Below, piece by piece: positions 55,291 through 58,647 of a DNA stretch of 58,647 bases. A program made the position numbers and the translations under genes. Source of the stretch: Candidatus Hydrogenedentota bacterium (GTDB lineage: Bacteria; Hydrogenedentota; Hydrogenedentia; Hydrogenedentales; SLHB01); contig JARKSN010000189.1 in assembly GCA_029974275.1 (NCBI GenBank), forward strand, positions 1 through 58,647, in the 5' to 3' direction. Numbering within the stretch: position 1 is the first letter of the stretch; each line of letters starts with the position of its first letter. A model generated the notes under the pieces. It saw nothing but the letters and a program-made list of their open reading frames with translations. It was not told the origin of the DNA and did not search any database.

Positions 55291-56232
55291 TTACGCCTGG
55301 ATGGACGTTTTGCGGCAAACGTTGGGCGGCCAGTCGTTGGGACTGTTGTCGCGCAAGAAACCCAAGGCTGTCGCCAAATCGGGAATGCCAGTTCGGCCGC
55401 CCGGCTGCGTGCATTTAAGGGCCGCCGCCGCTGAAGCGAATTCGGCGCATTGCGGCGCGTTCCAGTCTTGGGCTAGCGCAAAGGCATAGGCCCCGTGAAA
55501 TACATCGCCGGCGCCGACGGTGTCCACCACATGGACGCGGAAGGCCGGGCCACGCGATCGGCCCGAGGCGTCAGAGGCCGCCCATCCATCCGCCCCAAGA
55601 GTGATGACTGCCGTCGCCGGACCAATCGCATGAATGGCATCGAGCGCTGCGTCCACCGAATCGCCGAAACCGCCTTCCTGCAAATAATGTCGCGGCGCAA
55701 TCAGCACGTCCACCGCGCTGAGCCATTCCCGATTGGCGGCTCCGGGAATCGCATCCGCGACGATCGGCGTCCTGTGCCTGCGCGCCGCCGCCACGGCCTC
55801 GCGCGCCAAATCAGGATAGTAGTCGTCGACCACGATGGCGTCGGCACGCGCAATGGCGTCGTGTCCGGCGCAGGGCCAGCGCAACCCCTCGGCGCGGCGA
55901 TGAAAGATCGTGCGCTCGCCGGTAACGGCATCCACGTGAACAAAACTGAACGGACTGTCTCCCCCGGGAATGCGCATCACATGCGACGTCGATACGCCCT
56001 CCCGGCGCAGTCCCTCCACGATCTGATCGCCTATCTCATCCTCGCCCAACATGCTGAGCAATTCGGTTTGCGCGCCGAGCCGGGCGCAGGTCACCAGCGC
56101 CGTGGCGGCCAACCCGCCGCCTTGGACGCAATACGCGCTGACCTCGGCGGTGTCTCCCCACGGAACAGAGGGAGATCGCACGATGTGGTCCAAACAGCAG
56201 ATGCCTGCTCCTGCAATACGAACGGATTTCAC
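55291..56232 (-). CDS. PfkB-family sugar kinase (YihV/ribokinase-like)
   Basis: GGGLAATA..ARLG, VITLGADG, VVDTVGAGDVFHGA. GTG after AAGGAG; the longer ORF-track start is spurious. Confidence 0.9.
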   Translation of the reverse strand: MKSVRIAGAGICCLDHIVRSPSVPWGDTAEVSAYCVQGGGLAATALVTCARLGAQTELLSMLGEDEIGDQIVEGLRREGVSTSHVMRIPGGDSPFSFVHVDAVTGERTIFHRRAEGLRWPCAGHDAIARADAIVVDDYYPDLAREAVAAARRHRTPIVADAIPGAANREWLSAVDVLIAPRHYLQEGGFGDSVDAALDAIHAIGPATAVITLGADGWAASDASGRSRGPAFRVHVVDTVGAGDVFHGAYAFALAQDWNAPQCAEFASAAAALKCTQPGGRTGIPDLATALGFLRDNSPNDWPPNVCRKTSIQA

Positions 56233-56363
56233 CGGTTTAGCTCCTTGTTTTGGCGCCAGTATTGCCATGGAAAACATGGAAGTCAAGCGCAACGCGACAA
56301 ATTTTGAAGCAATGCGGCCGCGAGACCCGCGTTTCGAGCAGAAAACGATCAGGGATTGCCTTG

Positions 56364-56392
56364 TTGACCCCAGCGGCGGGGGTTGGTATATT
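56364..56392 (+). promoter_or_regulatory. Putative sigma70 promoter of the DeoR operon
   Basis: TTGACC-N17-TATATT with TG extended -10. Confidence 0.6.
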
Positions 56393-56445
56393 CGCCAGGT
56401 GCGTCGCAGGAAAACGACGGAAGAAACGCACAGGGAGTAGAGAGC

Positions 56446-57225
56446 ATGCAACGAGTCTTGATTCCCGAACGTTGGGAAAACATCATTCGCCTCGTCGAGA
56501 AACAGGGCGGCGCCACCATTGAGGAAATCGCCCAGGAAATCGGCGTTTCGCCGGCCACCGTGCGCCGAGACTTGACGCATATCCACGCGCGCGGCTTGAT
56601 TGAGCGGACCCGCGGCGGGGCGGCGCCGGGCCGGCATGTGCGCACGGGGCCTACATTGGCTGAGAGCCGGAAAATCAATCCGGTGGAGAAAGAGCGGATT
56701 GGCCGCGTGGCGGCGAGTTTGGTGAAACCGAACGATTTGGTCGTGTTCGACGGCGGTTTCACGACCTGCCAAGTCGCTCGCCACATGACGGCCTCGGGGG
56801 TGACGGTGATCACCAACTCCCTCGACATCGTCCAGGCGACGATTGGACGGAACGACGTGACGCTGGTGCTGATCGGCGGGGAAGTGTGTCTGGAAACAGG
56901 CACCACGGTGGGGCCGCAAGCCGAAAACATGCTGACGCACTTGAGCGCCGGCAAGGCCATCCTCGGCGCCGACGCCGTCTCGCCCGAGGAGGGCTTGAGT
57001 TCGCCGATTTCGTCCACCGCGCAAACAAAAAAGGCCATGGCCGAATGCGCCCGCGAGCTGATCGTCGTCGCCGATTACAGCAAACTGGGGGAGTTCGCCT
57101 TGTATCGAGTGGCGCCGGTTTCGGCGATTACCACTTTGGTTACGGACGACAAAGCGGAACCGAAACTGTTGGACGCCTTTCGCGATGCAGGGGTGGAGGT
57201 CATCGTGGCGACATCCGACGAATAA
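56446..57225 (+). CDS. DeoR/GlpR-family transcriptional regulator
   Basis: VSPATVRRDL..RTRGGA, EKERIG, DGGFTT, VITNS, VADYSKLG. Confidence 0.93.
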   Translation: MQRVLIPERWENIIRLVEKQGGATIEEIAQEIGVSPATVRRDLTHIHARGLIERTRGGAAPGRHVRTGPTLAESRKINPVEKERIGRVAASLVKPNDLVVFDGGFTTCQVARHMTASGVTVITNSLDIVQATIGRNDVTLVLIGGEVCLETGTTVGPQAENMLTHLSAGKAILGADAVSPEEGLSSPISSTAQTKKAMAECARELIVVADYSKLGEFALYRVAPVSAITTLVTDDKAEPKLLDAFRDAGVEVIVATSDE

Positions 57226-57297
57226 GTCGACGAATACGTCAACGACGACATTGCAGACCGCGGCGATCCCATCGCTCCTGCCCGGAGAAAAACAAGC

Positions 57298-58647
57298 ATG
57301 ACGACTTCCAACGTTCAACACGCGCTTCTCGAAGCCCTGCACGAACTGCCCTTGCTGGATGCGCACACGCATCTCGTCGGGGGGCGTCTCGGAGCGCGCG
57401 GGCTGCATGATGTTTTGCTGTACCACATGGCGATCAGCGACTTGTACGCGGCGGGATGCCCCACGGGAACGCGCCTGACCCAGTATCCGGGCTGGCCCGA
57501 TGCGGCGGAAGCCCACGCGCGCATTGAAGAGGCCCTCCCCTATCTGGACCGCGTTCGCAACACCAGCATCAGTTGGGGCATCCGGATGATTCTGCGCGAT
57601 CTTTACCGCTGGACCGATCCCCTCACCCCGGCAAACTGGCGCGATCTTGACGCTCGCATCCGCGAAACCGCAGACGATCGAGGATGGCATCGCGAAATAC
57701 TGGGCCGAGCCAAGATAGAACGGACGGTCACCGAGATTTCGCGACGGGAAGAAGGGCAGGATGACGATGTCTTGCAGTATTCGCTCGAGTGGGCCTTCTT
57801 TACGCGCTGCCAATGGGGCGAGTTCGATACGGCGTTATACGAGTTGGAGCGGTGTTGGGGGGCCACGCCTGCGGCCGCCATGCCCATCGGCGGCGTGCGT
57901 CCGCCCACGCAACGCGTCATTCGCACGCTGGACGATGTTCACGAGGCCATGGCGTGGTATCTGAAACAGATACCCATCGACGACGTCCTCTCAACGGCCA
58001 CGCATTTGTCGACCGACATCGACTACCTGACCGTAAGCGACGAGGAAATGAAACAGGCCCTTGCGCGGCGCGACGTCGCCGGCATTTCCGAGCGCGATAT
58101 ATACGCGTCGTACATTCACGAGGCTTTTTTGGCGGGTTTGGAGGAACGCTACGGGGACCGGTTGGCGTTTCAATTCAGCTTCGGGGCCGAACCGTTGCCG
58201 TTCGAGACGGACAGCCGCTTGGCGCAACGCACCATCGGCCAATTCGCCGCCATGGCAGGGCGCCATCCGCAGTTGCGGTTCCAGTGCTACCTGTCGAGCG
58301 CGCATGCCAATCAATCGCTCTGCACGCTCTGCCGCGAGTTGCCCAACGTCTCATTGGCCGCCTATTGGTGGCACAATTTCTTCCCGTCGATCATGAGCCG
58401 CGTCATGGCGGAACGCCTCGATATGCTGCCCGTGAACAAGCAAATCGGCTTCTTTTCCGATGCCTATTGCGTTGAATGGGCCTGGGCCAAAGCGGCCTTG
58501 GTCAGACGGGCGCTCGCCGGAACGCTGGCCGACAAAATCGCGATCGGCCAATACGATTTCGAGACGGCCGTTGCCATCGCGCGCGCGATATTCTACGAGA
58601 CGCCGCAGACCTTGCTCGGAATCCGGCCCGCGACGCAGCCGCACGGA
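57298..58647 (+). CDS. Amidohydrolase-fold, uronate isomerase (UxaC)-like protein, 3' partial (not in ORF track)
   Basis: MTTSNVQH..LLDAHTHL..LLYHM..RNTS..YWWHNFFP..FFSDAY..ARAIFYETP. The frame appears open to the window end. Confidence 0.72.
   Translation, partial: MTTSNVQHALLEALHELPLLDAHTHLVGGRLGARGLHDVLLYHMAISDLYAAGCPTGTRLTQYPGWPDAAEAHARIEEALPYLDRVRNTSISWGIRMILRDLYRWTDPLTPANWRDLDARIRETADDRGWHREILGRAKIERTVTEISRREEGQDDDVLQYSLEWAFFTRCQWGEFDTALYELERCWGATPAAAMPIGGVRPPTQRVIRTLDDVHEAMAWYLKQIPIDDVLSTATHLSTDIDYLTVSDEEMKQALARRDVAGISERDIYASYIHEAFLAGLEERYGDRLAFQFSFGAEPLPFETDSRLAQRTIGQFAAMAGRHPQLRFQCYLSSAHANQSLCTLCRELPNVSLAAYWWHNFFPSIMSRVMAERLDMLPVNKQIGFFSDAYCVEWAWAKAALVRRALAGTLADKIAIGQYDFETAVAIARAIFYETPQTLLGIRPATQPHG

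Noticed and set aside
56233..57813. 840-aa ORF suggesting a large PfkB fusion
   Set aside because: The extension is antisense to DeoR and the isomerase gene; an RBS-supported GTG lies at 56232.

Overview
GC-rich bacterial chromosomal window with ~35 CDS. I saw no rRNA, tRNA, CRISPR array or transposase. The LptD-like gene indicates a diderm cell. The gene style suggests Candidatus Hydrogenedentes or a similar lineage (inference only). In order, it holds: a 5'-truncated giant Ig-like repeat surface protein (first ~190 nt look like an unrelated MFS transporter fragment); an orphan NarL regulator; a PfkB / small secreted protein / beta-propeller-LptD operon; fhs-folD; a Cys-less AsnB-like enzyme; a YhaO/YhaN (Mre11/SMC-like) pair beside an orphan methyltransferase; an AraC-GH2-GH51-ABC sugar locus; Rieske-amrS-hemN; a type IV pilus locus (pilB, pilT, pilS, pilR); DUF4838 and GH127-like enzymes; nadE; and a PfkB/DeoR/uronate-isomerase-like locus. 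The best candidate for a new system is the 912-aa gene heading the pilus locus. It fuses an MshEN c-di-GMP-binding module, a helical repeat stalk and a DnaA-type AAA+ domain lacking the DNA-binding domain IV. Second is a ~145-bp three-hairpin palindromic repeat found three times just after stop codons. Family calls rest on motif recognition; no database searches were run.
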